A stretch of DNA of 63,870 nt, the filler included. It is 9 parts of 9 records of this genome, joined end to end, with 100 filler letters (N's around TTAATTAATTAA, not from the genome) between each part and the next. Parts side by side here need not be neighbours in the genome. Positions count along the whole stretch, not along the records: positions 44,951 to 51,045 come from SRR31147125_23988; positions 51,146 to 57,531 come from SRR31147125_23996; positions 57,632 to 63,870 come from SRR31147125_24009; 6 more parts are not named here. One strand, given 5' to 3'. The notes beneath the pieces are model-generated. The model ran no database searches. It was not told the DNA's origin and was given only the letters and a program-made list of their open reading frames with translations. Made by a program: the position numbers and the translations under genes. Shown here piece by piece: positions 50,364-60,181 of the stretch (the first letter of the stretch is position 1; each line of letters begins with the position of its first letter).

Positions 50364-50397
50364 AATACCTTAGTATAAACATGCTATTGATAAATTA

Positions 50398-50426
50398 TTG
50401 ACAAAGTTTATATCGAAAGGTATAAC
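50398..50426 (+). promoter_or_regulatory. Sigma70 promoter for the PTS IIB gene
   Basis: TTGACA-17nt-TATAAC. Confidence 0.65.
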
Positions 50427-50475
50427 ATATAAAAGTTTAAATTAATATCTATATGATTTGAGGAAAGGAGAAAAA

Positions 50476-50751
50476 ATGATAAAAGTACTAGCTGTTTGTG
50501 GAAATGGAATGGGAACGAGTATAGTTATAAAAATAAAAGTTCAAAAGATTTTTAAAAAATTAGGAATAGAAGCCAAAGTTGATTATAGTAGCTTGGAACA
50601 AGCAGCAGTTTTGGTGGATAATTTTGATATTGTTCTAGCATCAACACATGTGGCAGATGAACTGGAATCAGAAACAACTAAGATTGTGGCTCTTAGAAAC
50701 ATTATTGACGAGAAAGAACTAGAAGAAAAATTAATAAATAACTTAAAATAG
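50476..50751 (+). CDS. PTS IIB component, UlaB/SgaB-like
   Basis: KVLAVCGNGMGTS phospho-Cys loop; AAGGAG RBS. Confidence 0.88.
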   Translation: MIKVLAVCGNGMGTSIVIKIKVQKIFKKLGIEAKVDYSSLEQAAVLVDNFDIVLASTHVADELESETTKIVALRNIIDEKELEEKLINNLK

Positions 50752-51045
50752 AGAATACGAGAGAAAATGATTGCTTATCAACATTAGTTGAAAAAATATG
50801 GCAAAGGTAAAATGATACCAAATATAGCATTTCCAATAAATGGAGCAGTGTAAAATAAAGCTTGAAAATAAATAAGTGCTATTATATAATGATTTGGTAT
50901 TATGGGGTTATTGTGTAGATTTTTAAAAGTAACAATAGTTTCTAGTTTTAATCAAAATTGATTAGGTTTGGAACTTCTTTTAAAATAGAATTAAACCTTT
51001 ATATTAAAATAAATATAATGAAAAAGAAAAGGAGAGGATTCTTTT

Positions 51046-51145
51046 NNNNNNNNNNNNNNNNNNNNNNNNNNNNNNNNNNNNNNNNNNNNTTAATTAATTA
51101 ANNNNNNNNNNNNNNNNNNNNNNNNNNNNNNNNNNNNNNNNNNNN
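51046..51145. other. Artificial contig spacer
   Basis: N44-TTAATTAATTAA-N44. Confidence 0.99.
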
Positions 51146-53125
51146 GATGCAGATGGAAACCTGCCTTTTTACGAAGGATATATTGAAGATATAACAGATA
51201 GAAAAACAGCCGAATTAGCACTGCAATACAGTAAGAACAAATACAAACATCTTGTTGAAACGATACCCTATGGAATTGTCGAAGTTGATTTGGAAGGATA
51301 TGTAACTTACTGCAATACCCCCTTCGAAATTATGCTGAAATATAATCCCGGCGAATTAAAAGGAAAACAGATTTATAGTTTAAAACCAGAAAGACTTTCT
51401 AAACAACTATTTATTGAATTTTCACATGCAGCAAGTAATGAAATAACAAAACCAGAACGTGGTTTTGATAGAATTAAAACAAAATCTGGGAATATTTTAG
51501 AAGTACAGATTGATTGGAACTATCTATATAATGAGAATAAAAATATTATTGGATTTATGGCTGTACTTTCCGATATATCAGGTCAAATTCAAGCAGCCAA
51601 TGCGCTGAAGGAAAGTGAGAACCGATTTCGGGGCATATATGAAAATTCAACAATAGGAATTTATCGATCTACTATTGATGGGGAAATTTTAATGGCAAAT
51701 CCGGCCATGTGCAGTTTTTTTGGGTATTCTTCTTATAAAGATTTCAAAAAAATAAATATAAGCGATATTTATTTGTACCCCGAAGAGAGACAAGAATTTC
51801 TTGAGCAACTAAAAAAGTTTGGGTTTATAAATGGATTTGAAACGAGAGGGAAAAAGAAGGATGGTTCTATGCTGTATCTACGTATTTCTGCTCATGTTGT
51901 TGAAAATAAGGATGACACGATCTTATTTTACGACGGTATTCTGGAAGATTATACCGAGAAAAAGTTAATGGAATGCAAACTTTTAAAAGCAAAAGAGGAG
52001 GCTGAAAATGCTGATCGCTTAAAATCTGCTTTTTTAGCAAATATGAGCCATGAGGTAAGAACCCCTATGAATGGTATTATGGGATTTGCTAATCTTTTAC
52101 GAAAACCTGATTTGACGGATGCTGTAAGATTAAAATATATAAATATAATTAGAAATAGAGGAGAAGATTTGCTAAGGATAATTAATGATATCCTGGATGT
52201 TTCAAAACTTGAAGTGAGCCAGTTAAAACTTTACAAAAAAGAGTTTTTGATCAATAATTTTATGAGCCAGCTTTATGAAGTTTATAAACAAAAACTTTTC
52301 GATCTTGGTAAAACAGCACTAAAGATTGAGCTAGATCTTGAGCATGAAAATTTTGTTTTGTATGAAGATGAAACACGAATTAACCAAATTCTTACAAACT
52401 TTATTGATAATGCCATAAAATTCACAGAATCAGGAAGTATTGAAATAGGATATGAAATTCAATATAATTCAATCATAAGGTTTTATGTAAAAGATTCAGG
52501 TATTGGGGTACCGGAAAATATGCAAAAGGTAATTTTCGAACGCTTCAGGCAGTACGATGAAGCACCTTCAAGAATTTATGGTGGTAATGGCCTGGGTCTG
52601 GCTATTTGCAAAGGTCTTGCCGAATTAATGAATGGTAGTGTTGGTGTTGTTTCAAAAGAAAAACAAGGTTCTACTTTTTATTTTAACCTGCCGTCTAAAA
52701 TAAAATACAAGATTTCTGAGAAAGAACCAGACACAAAAAATTTAAATTATAATTGGCGCGGGAAAAAAATACTTGTTGTTGAAGACGATGACATAAGCTC
52801 TGCCCTCATTGAGGAATATTTTGAGACCACAAAAGCTACTGTAAAAATAGCCATGGACGGTTATTCCGCTTTACGGATATTAAAAGACGACAAAAATTTC
52901 AACCTCGTACTCCTAGATATTGGATTGCCGGATATCTCAGGTTTAGTGATTGCAAAACAGATTAAAAAGTTCTACCCAAATATACCTGTTATTGCGCAAA
53001 CCGCTTTTGCCATGCAAGATGATGAATTCAAGTGCAAAGTTGCTGGCTGCGATGACTATATGCAGAAACCAATAGTTAAAAAAATAATGCTCGAAAAAGT
53101 AGGTGAGTATTTAAATATAAATTGA
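51146..53125 (+). CDS. PAS-containing hybrid histidine kinase with receiver domain, 5' truncated
   Basis: Frame open from 51146; FLANMSHEVRTPMNG, NFIDNAIKFT, DSGIG, GNGLGL, LVVEDD, LLDIGLP. Confidence 0.95.
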   Translation, partial: DADGNLPFYEGYIEDITDRKTAELALQYSKNKYKHLVETIPYGIVEVDLEGYVTYCNTPFEIMLKYNPGELKGKQIYSLKPERLSKQLFIEFSHAASNEITKPERGFDRIKTKSGNILEVQIDWNYLYNENKNIIGFMAVLSDISGQIQAANALKESENRFRGIYENSTIGIYRSTIDGEILMANPAMCSFFGYSSYKDFKKINISDIYLYPEERQEFLEQLKKFGFINGFETRGKKKDGSMLYLRISAHVVENKDDTILFYDGILEDYTEKKLMECKLLKAKEEAENADRLKSAFLANMSHEVRTPMNGIMGFANLLRKPDLTDAVRLKYINIIRNRGEDLLRIINDILDVSKLEVSQLKLYKKEFLINNFMSQLYEVYKQKLFDLGKTALKIELDLEHENFVLYEDETRINQILTNFIDNAIKFTESGSIEIGYEIQYNSIIRFYVKDSGIGVPENMQKVIFERFRQYDEAPSRIYGGNGLGLAICKGLAELMNGSVGVVSKEKQGSTFYFNLPSKIKYKISEKEPDTKNLNYNWRGKKILVVEDDDISSALIEEYFETTKATVKIAMDGYSALRILKDDKNFNLVLLDIGLPDISGLVIAKQIKKFYPNIPVIAQTAFAMQDDEFKCKVAGCDDYMQKPIVKKIMLEKVGEYLNIN

Positions 53126-53230
53126 TCACATCCATTTTATAGCCTCAATTCTTTTATTACTTGAAAAAAAGAGCTAAAACTATTTTTTAATCTGATTTAC
53201 ATCCTATTTTTGGAATCTAATTTTTAATAA

Positions 53231-53965
53231 ATGGATTTTAGTACAATTAAAAGAGTCTTCACGTTTATTGTAATCGCAGGATTATTTTTTGGGTTTTCGG
53301 CTGATAGCCGACGAATAATGGCACATATGGAATCTGAAAAACTGATTGCCGGAAAAAAAGTAATTATCCGGGGTGATGTTTTTTACAGCCAGAGCGATGG
53401 GAGAATGGTAGTTCATTATACTTATCCGCAGGATTATTTTTTTGTTTCCAACACCAAGGGTGAAGTACAACTTTATTTGCCGGAAGCCAACCAGGTAATG
53501 ATTCAACGCAATCCGGTTCTTTCTTCTCAAAACGATGTTTTATACTACTTTCTATCAAACAAAATTTCTGATCTTGGGTTAAAAGATGCTGGATTTGAAT
53601 TAACAGAAACAAAAGTTGAAGATAGAAACGTGATTACAACATGGACCCCTCCGGCACCTGCCAGCAAAACAATTTCAAAAGTTGAGATGGTGCATCAGGA
53701 TTTTGTCCCAATCTACACGGCTTATTTCGACTTAAAAGAGAAAATAACGAAAAAGATTTATTACTCTAAATACCTGCAAACATCAGAATCTATGTTGCCC
53801 CAACTGATTACCGAGATTGAATATATTCCAACTGGCGATTCAATAATTAGCAGGAAAAAATATTCTGATATAAAAACAGGTTTTTCAGCACAAAGTCAAT
53901 ATTTTGATTTTAGCGTGCCAGGCGATGCCAAATTAATTACCTTCGACGAAAATTTTGGGAGATAG
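53231..53965 (+). CDS. Exported protein, putative LolA/LppX-like fold
   Basis: Signal-like N-terminus, beta-rich pattern GDVFYS..GRMVVHY.YP and terminal FDFSVPGDAKLI; TATTTTTG promoter element at 53205-53212. Confidence 0.55.
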   Translation: MDFSTIKRVFTFIVIAGLFFGFSADSRRIMAHMESEKLIAGKKVIIRGDVFYSQSDGRMVVHYTYPQDYFFVSNTKGEVQLYLPEANQVMIQRNPVLSSQNDVLYYFLSNKISDLGLKDAGFELTETKVEDRNVITTWTPPAPASKTISKVEMVHQDFVPIYTAYFDLKEKITKKIYYSKYLQTSESMLPQLITEIEYIPTGDSIISRKKYSDIKTGFSAQSQYFDFSVPGDAKLITFDENFGR

Positions 53966-54424
53966 ATGTATAAGGTAATTCTGTTATTTGCGTTCGTTTT
54001 TTGTTGTTCCTTGATTAATGTCGTGGCACAATCAAATCAAGAAAAAGAGATTTTAAAAGAGCACTCATTTCACGATGAGCATTATTATTATAAAAGAAAC
54101 GTTACGTTTGGTATCTCATCGAATAAGAATTGGCTTGTAAAATACAATCCTGTTTCGCTGGTTTTTTCATCGCTTATGTTTACCTACCAAAAATGGATAT
54201 CCAAGCAAATTTCAGCGGATTGTTTATATCATCCTACATGTTCGGGTTATTGTAAATCATTGTTTCACGAACATGGGTTTGTAAAAGGGATGATTGCCTC
54301 GTCAGACAGGCTCATGCGTTGCGACAGGATATCAGCTACCACCATAAACCCGGTTTCCATTAGTCCTCACGACGGGAAAGTTCATGAACATCCTAATCGA
54401 TATAATTTGCGCGAAAAAGAATGA
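53966..54424 (+). CDS. YidD-like (haemolytic-domain) protein with an apparent signal peptide
   Basis: YQKWIS...CLYHPTCSGYC...HG..KG.....DRLMRC three-Cys YidD pattern. Confidence 0.8.
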   Translation: MYKVILLFAFVFCCSLINVVAQSNQEKEILKEHSFHDEHYYYKRNVTFGISSNKNWLVKYNPVSLVFSSLMFTYQKWISKQISADCLYHPTCSGYCKSLFHEHGFVKGMIASSDRLMRCDRISATTINPVSISPHDGKVHEHPNRYNLREKE

Positions 54425-55283
54425 GAGGACTAATAGTTTTACTTCTAATTGTAATATCAGGTGTTACATTTAGTCAGAATTTTAGTATTGATGAAGAGTT
54501 GCAATTGGCTAACCATTTGATTAACTCAAGTAATAGCGATGAGGCTATTCATCATCTGAAAAATACGTTAAACCGATTTTCAGGTTCGCAATTTAACAGA
54601 GATACACTGAACGTATTGTTAGGTTTGGCTTATTACCAACAAAAAAAATGGAAGAATCGAATGCCCATTTTTTAAAGGTATCAGAAAACTCAGAATCATA
54701 CTTAAAGGCAAGGTTTACATCAATATATAATTCTTTGTATAATGGGGATTATTCAGAGTCTGAAAATTTACTATCTGATTTACATCCAAAGAATGATTTA
54801 CAATTACAATATAAAACCTTGCAAAAGGCTGGCCTATCGTTATTAGAAAAAGATTATGAAGGCTATTCTGACTTGTCGAAAGGGTTTACGTACAATTATT
54901 TTCAGGTAGAAAAGGAACAAACAGAGCTTGATAATTACTATCAGGAATTAATGGCTTTTAAGCCAAAGTCGATGGCAGTTGCCGGTTTATTATCAACCGT
55001 TGTTCCGGGAACGGGAAAAATGTATGCAGGAAAACTGGGCGAGGGGATGTCGGCATTTTTAATCGTTTCAATTTTAGGGGCAATAACAGCAGAGAATTAT
55101 ATAAAAAGCGGGATAAAAAATTACAAGACAATAACCTTCGGGAGTTTACTGGGTGTTTTTTATCTGGGGAATATTTACGGAAGCATGGTTTCTGTAAAAG
55201 TTTATCGCGACGAATTTTATAAATCATATGAAAGAAAAATATTGGTTAACCTGCATATTCCTTTGCGTAACATTTTTTATTAA
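54421..55283 (+). CDS. Exported TPR protein with C-terminal TM2/DUF5683-like membrane hairpin; A-run frameshift at 54641-54648
   Basis: Signal peptide, TPR-like helices, AGLLSTVVPGTGKMYAG followed by two hydrophobic helices. Confidence 0.7.
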
Positions 55284-56070
55284 GGCACAGGGAGAGTTTA
55301 TATATCCTGATGAACTTTATGCTGCTGAAAAATATTTGGATGCAGCCATTGAGTACGAAAGGATTGTAATATCGACATCGGATAATAAAATAGCGAACGA
55401 AGCGAAGTATAGAAAAGCACTCGCATACCGCGATATAGAGAAGTACAGTAAGGCACTCGATGCACTTACACAGATTTCATATTTTGGGATTCAGGATTCA
55501 ATTCATTTTCGCTATCGCTACCAAATGGCTTTTTGCTACTACCTAAATGAGGATTTTTCTGAGTGTGAATCTCAACTTTTGCAGATTGAGGCATATATAA
55601 AGGATTCATCACTAACAAAAAACACGTATTTATTAAGGGCATTGAATTACAATGAAATGCTTGAATGGGAAAAGGCAAAAGCTTTTGCAGAGAAATTCAT
55701 AAAGAATAATTCTGCCAATCAACAAGAAGATATAAAGAATATCGAAGAAATTTATTCTAAAAAGAATCTTCCCAGGTTAAAGAATAAAAAGGTGGCAGAA
55801 GTCTTAAAATATATTCCGGGTTTCGGGCAAATCTATGCTGGAGCCTTTGGAGAAGGTTTTGTTAATCTCGCATTAAATACAACCTCAATTTATTTGGGTG
55901 TAAACCAGGTTTTGAAGAGTTTTTATGTAACTGGTTATTTTGTTGCTACAATCCCTGTAAGTAAATTTTATTTTGGGAGCAGAAAACGCACCGATTTTTT
56001 AGTAGAAAAAAAGAATTACGAGCGTGTAAGAACATTTAACGATGAAGTAAAATCCATCTTACTGAATTAA
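55228..56070 (+). CDS. Exported TPR protein with similar C-terminal membrane hairpin
   Basis: Signal peptide, AAIEYER..AKYRKALAY TPR-like repeats, IPGFGQIYAG. Confidence 0.7.
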   Translation: MKEKYWLTCIFLCVTFFIKAQGEFIYPDELYAAEKYLDAAIEYERIVISTSDNKIANEAKYRKALAYRDIEKYSKALDALTQISYFGIQDSIHFRYRYQMAFCYYLNEDFSECESQLLQIEAYIKDSSLTKNTYLLRALNYNEMLEWEKAKAFAEKFIKNNSANQQEDIKNIEEIYSKKNLPRLKNKKVAEVLKYIPGFGQIYAGAFGEGFVNLALNTTSIYLGVNQVLKSFYVTGYFVATIPVSKFYFGSRKRTDFLVEKKNYERVRTFNDEVKSILLN

Positions 56071-56795
56071 TCCTTTGCTTTTTTTCCACTCGATGCCCAT
56101 AATAGATCCCTGCCCATGAGTGGGTACCAGATAAGATAGAAGGGGCCTGCAATCATTAAAATAATTCCACCAACTGATGGAGCAAAAAAAGTTATGAGGT
56201 GTTGAGATAAGTCAAAACCGTTTGCCAGAATTCCGGAAAGTGCTGTTATTTTGCTGAAATTTTTATTGCTGAGCATCACAACAGATATCATTATTCCTGA
56301 ACCTTGAAGTAGGATTCCACTTAAAAATCCGGAACTGCTATTCCACATGTCAGAAGCAATAACAGCTTCTCCTGCTGCAATAATCATGTTTTTTTCAGCT
56401 TCGGTGGTAGCAAGTAAAAATTTTTCGCTCAGGTGTACCATCGAAAATGTTGACTCCGTAGCGATACAGGCAATAACCACTGCAATGCTGAATAATGAAC
56501 CTAATGTTATTATGGATGGATTGGTTCGGAATAAAGTCACAAATAAAGCCGGAATAATAAAAATGTATAGCGTAATAATAAATAAGCTTAAAAAATCTTC
56601 AGTTAGAAAAGCCAGGATTTTATTTTCCTCGTATAGCCCGAAAAACTCCAACGCAGTCTCTGGTTTGGCCGCTACCAAGGGATTTGTAACAGCAAAAAGT
56701 GCATAGCCCAATAATAAGAATATTTCTAAAATAGCAGCTATACCGCCAATTCTAAGGAGTGTTCTCCAGTTCGATGCATTATTCAGTAGATTCAT
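56067..56795 (-). CDS. Multi-pass membrane protein, DUF4386-like
   Basis: About six hydrophobic helices; MVHLSEKF...AAGEAVIA pattern. Confidence 0.55.
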   Translation of the reverse strand: MNLLNNASNWRTLLRIGGIAAILEIFLLLGYALFAVTNPLVAAKPETALEFFGLYEENKILAFLTEDFLSLFIITLYIFIIPALFVTLFRTNPSIITLGSLFSIAVVIACIATESTFSMVHLSEKFLLATTEAEKNMIIAAGEAVIASDMWNSSSGFLSGILLQGSGIMISVVMLSNKNFSKITALSGILANGFDLSQHLITFFAPSVGGIILMIAGPFYLIWYPLMGRDLLWASSGKKAKD

Positions 56796-56881
56796 TTTAG
56801 TGTATTTATTTGCACAGGTAAATTTAACAATTCTGCGTTTACTTCCATTTTACGTGTATATTTGCGCAAAATTTTAGACTT

Positions 56882-57531
56882 ATGGCACTTAAATGTGGAA
56901 TTATTGGAATTGCAAACGTTGGTAAAACTACGCTGTTCAACTGCATGTCGAACACAAAGGGTGAGACTTCTGACTATGCTTTTAGTTCAAATAAATCAAA
57001 TATGGGGATTGTAAATGTTCCCGATCCCAGGTTGATTGAACTCGAAAAATTACAACCAACAGAAAAATTAATCCCGGCAACTGTTGAGATAGTTGATATC
57101 CCCGGATTAACAAAAGGTTCCAGCGAAGGTCAGGGTGTGGGCAACCAGTTTTTAGCAGATATTAGAAATACCGATGCATTAATCCATGTTTTGCGCTGTT
57201 TCGATGATGATAACCTTCCTCATATCGATGGTTCTGTAGATCCGGTAAGAGATATCGAAACAATTGACTTCGAGCTACAGGTGAAAGATTTAGAATCTGT
57301 AGAGAAGAAAATCATGCGTATGGAGAAAATTGCCAAGTCGGGTGATAAAGAGGCGAAACAAGCCATTGAAGTGCTTAACGTTTATAAAGAACATCTGGAA
57401 TCTTTTCAGAATGCACGGACTGCTCCTGTGAAAGAAGACGATAAAAAACACATTGAAGATATTTTCCTGCTTACTGCAAAACCAGTTATGTACGTTTGTA
57501 ATGTTGACGATAGTTCTGCTGTTGATGGCAA
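56882..57531 (+). CDS. ychF: Obg-family ATPase YchF, 3' truncated
   Basis: CGIIGIANVGKTTLFN, VPDPRL, VDIPGL, GNQFLADIR, HVLRCF, YVCNV; TATATTTG promoter element at 56857-56864. Confidence 0.95.
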
Positions 57532-57631
57532 NNNNNNNNNNNNNNNNNNNNNNNNNNNNNNNNNNNNNNNNNNNNTTAATTAATTAANNNNNNNNNNNNN
57601 NNNNNNNNNNNNNNNNNNNNNNNNNNNNNNN
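57532..57631. other. Artificial contig spacer
   Basis: N44-TTAATTAATTAA-N44. Confidence 0.99.
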
Positions 57632-57632
57632 T

Positions 57633-58151
57633 GAGTCAATCATTAATGAAAAACTGGCGGAATTTATCGCAAAAGAGTTGACCCTACAAAACAATGTTAG
57701 AAATCTATTTTTAGAAATGGATGGATTAGCATTATTTCTAAAATATTTATACAAAAATCACGAGAAAATAAAATTTACTAAAAAAGAGATTTATAATGAT
57801 TTTTTTAAAGCTCCTTTTATAAAAAGTTATTTGGATAGAAATGGAATTGATAAACCAACAGAAGAGGGTGCAAAACACCGAGTTCCCTTCATGCTTAATT
57901 TGCTAGAAGCATTGGGCATTATAAAACAAGAACGAAGTGAAATCGAATTATTAGGTTTCTATCCGAGTCATCGTCTCTTCGAATTTATTACCGATGAAAA
58001 TGGTAATTCAATTTCAAAGCAAATTTCTGCCAAGGTAGGTAATTATTTTAGCACAGGGGAAGATGAAACAACTGATGAAGAAAGGTCTTTATTAAGAGAA
58101 GAATACGGAAAACAATTTTTAACTAATAATTACTACTTAAATAGGATATAG
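57633..58151 (+). CDS. Unknown protein, C-terminal part; winged-helix-like; candidate restriction or sensor component
   Basis: Frame open from contig edge; GAKHRVPFMLNLLEALGIIKQE resembles a wHTH helix-wing; stop lies 1 nt before the MTase ATG. Confidence 0.55.
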   Translation, partial: ESIINEKLAEFIAKELTLQNNVRNLFLEMDGLALFLKYLYKNHEKIKFTKKEIYNDFFKAPFIKSYLDRNGIDKPTEEGAKHRVPFMLNLLEALGIIKQERSEIELLGFYPSHRLFEFITDENGNSISKQISAKVGNYFSTGEDETTDEERSLLREEYGKQFLTNNYYLNRI

Positions 58152-58152
58152 T

Positions 58153-59115
58153 ATGGCTAATAAATCTCATTTTAATAGTGGATTAAAAGCTATAAATCAG
58201 CTGAATAAAAACGGTGAAAAACATAGTTCATATATTGACGGTATAAACGCGACAAAAACAATACAAGCTTTTTTTATAGAAGATGCTATTAAGTTCTTAA
58301 AGAAATTACCCGACAATTCAATTCAACTCATATTAGTTGACCCACCCTACAATTTAGATTTAGATACTTGGGATACTTATGAGAACTATTTAGAATGGGC
58401 AAAACAATGGCTTGATGAAATTTATAGAATATTATTACCAACAGGAAATTGTGTAATCTTTGGTGGTTTTCAGTATCAAGACTTAAAAAAGGGAGATTTA
58501 CTTGAAATACTCCACTATACAAGGCACAATACAAATTTGAGGTTTACTAATTTAATTATTTGGTATTACAAAAACGGCATGAGTGCTCATAGATATTTTG
58601 CTAATAGGCACGAAGAAGCTGTTTGGTTAACGAAAACAAAAAAATATTATTTTGATTTAGATTCAGTACGCTCTCAATATACACCAGAACAAAAACAGTT
58701 AGCTCTAAAAGATAAAAGACTAATTCCAGCAAATATTGAGAAAGGAAAGAACCCAACTAATGTATGGGAAATTGGACGTTTAAATGGTAATTCTAAAGAG
58801 CGTGTAGGTCACCCTACTCAAAAGCCATTAGAAATTATTAGAAGATTTGTTAAGAGCTTATCTTATGAAGGTTCTATTGTTTTGGATTTCTTCGCTGGTT
58901 CGGGTACAGCTGCAAGAGTTTGTGTTGAAGAAAATAGACATTCAATAATGGTGGATTCTGATGCAAAAACATTAGAATATTTTAAAGAACATATTTCTAG
59001 AAAAGACAGAAATTTATCACACAAACCATTTGAACAGTTTGTAAATGAGGATTTAAAGAGCATTTTTGAAAGAATTTACAGTGTTAATGAACAAGAAAAC
59101 GAAGAAAGTTTATAA
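58153..59115 (+). CDS. Beta-class amino DNA methyltransferase, M.RsrI-like (predicted GAATTC m6A)
   Basis: DPPY before HPTQKP and DFFAGSG; MANKSHFNSG, NGMSAHRYFANRHEE, KDKRL and RLNGNSKERVGHPTQKP match M.RsrI as recalled. Confidence 0.9.
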   Translation: MANKSHFNSGLKAINQLNKNGEKHSSYIDGINATKTIQAFFIEDAIKFLKKLPDNSIQLILVDPPYNLDLDTWDTYENYLEWAKQWLDEIYRILLPTGNCVIFGGFQYQDLKKGDLLEILHYTRHNTNLRFTNLIIWYYKNGMSAHRYFANRHEEAVWLTKTKKYYFDLDSVRSQYTPEQKQLALKDKRLIPANIEKGKNPTNVWEIGRLNGNSKERVGHPTQKPLEIIRRFVKSLSYEGSIVLDFFAGSGTAARVCVEENRHSIMVDSDAKTLEYFKEHISRKDRNLSHKPFEQFVNEDLKSIFERIYSVNEQENEESL

Positions 59116-59147
59116 CCTTTCTTCTAATTGAATTGATAATAATTATA

Positions 59148-60134
59148 ATGGCAAGAAAAGTACAGCATTCTTTATTAGCAAAAGCAAAAACAAATAAGAA
59201 AGATGAGTTTTATACTCAGCTTATAGATATAGAAAGTGAATTAAAATACTATGAAAATCATTTTAAAGGTAAAACCGTTTATTGTAATTGTGATGACCCA
59301 AATATTAGTAACTTTTTTAACTATTTTTCCACAAACTTCGAGAGACTTGGGTTAAAGAAAATAATCACTGCTTGCTATAAAAATCAAAGTCAGGAATTAA
59401 TTGCAAATACAGAAAGCGAGAAAGGGTTTTACAGTGAATATGCTCCAGAAAGAGGAAAATATAACAGAGCCAACATAGAAAAAATTGATGTAGTTCCGTT
59501 TAATGGAGACGGTGACTTTCGAAGTCAAGAGAGCATCGAGCTTTTGAAACAATCTGATATTGTTGTAACTAACCCTCCATTCTCATTGTTTAGGGAATAT
59601 GTTGCTCAACTAATAAAGTATAATAAAATGTTTCTAATAATTGGTAATGTAAATGCTATTACGTATAAAGAAATATTTAAATTAATTAAAGAAAATAAAG
59701 CATGGCTAGGAATAAATTTAGGTAGAGGAATTTCGGGGTTTATTGTTCCTGAACATTATGAGCTTTATGGTACAGAAGCTCGTGTCGATATCTCAGGAAA
59801 AAGAATAGTATCTCCAAATAATTGTTTGTGGCTAACAAATTTAGATATAGATAAACGACACAAAGATATAGTTCTTTCAAAAACATTTCATGGCAACGAA
59901 GGTGAATATCCTAAATACGACAATTTTGATGCTATTAACGTTAACAAAACCAAAGACATTCCAAAAGACTACTATGGTTTTATGGGGGTTCCAATAACGT
60001 TTTTACACAAGTTCAATCCTGATCAATTTGAGATAATAAAATTTCGAAAGGGAAATGATGAGAAGGATTTATCAATAAATGGTAAATGCCCCTACTTTAG
60101 AATTTTAATCCGTAACAAAAGGTTACAAAATTGA
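59148..60134 (+). CDS. EcoRI-family adenine DNA methyltransferase, M.EcoRI-like
   Basis: DEFYT, YCNCDDP, GDGDFRS, VVTNPPFSLFREY, GFIVPEHYELYGTEAR, SPNNCLWLTNLD, GKCPYFRILI match M.EcoRI as recalled along its whole length. Confidence 0.93.
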   Translation: MARKVQHSLLAKAKTNKKDEFYTQLIDIESELKYYENHFKGKTVYCNCDDPNISNFFNYFSTNFERLGLKKIITACYKNQSQELIANTESEKGFYSEYAPERGKYNRANIEKIDVVPFNGDGDFRSQESIELLKQSDIVVTNPPFSLFREYVAQLIKYNKMFLIIGNVNAITYKEIFKLIKENKAWLGINLGRGISGFIVPEHYELYGTEARVDISGKRIVSPNNCLWLTNLDIDKRHKDIVLSKTFHGNEGEYPKYDNFDAINVNKTKDIPKDYYGFMGVPITFLHKFNPDQFEIIKFRKGNDEKDLSINGKCPYFRILIRNKRLQN

Positions 60135-60181
60135 ATTTTATGAGATTCCAAGTAGCAACACTCAGATAATTTGAAATAATT

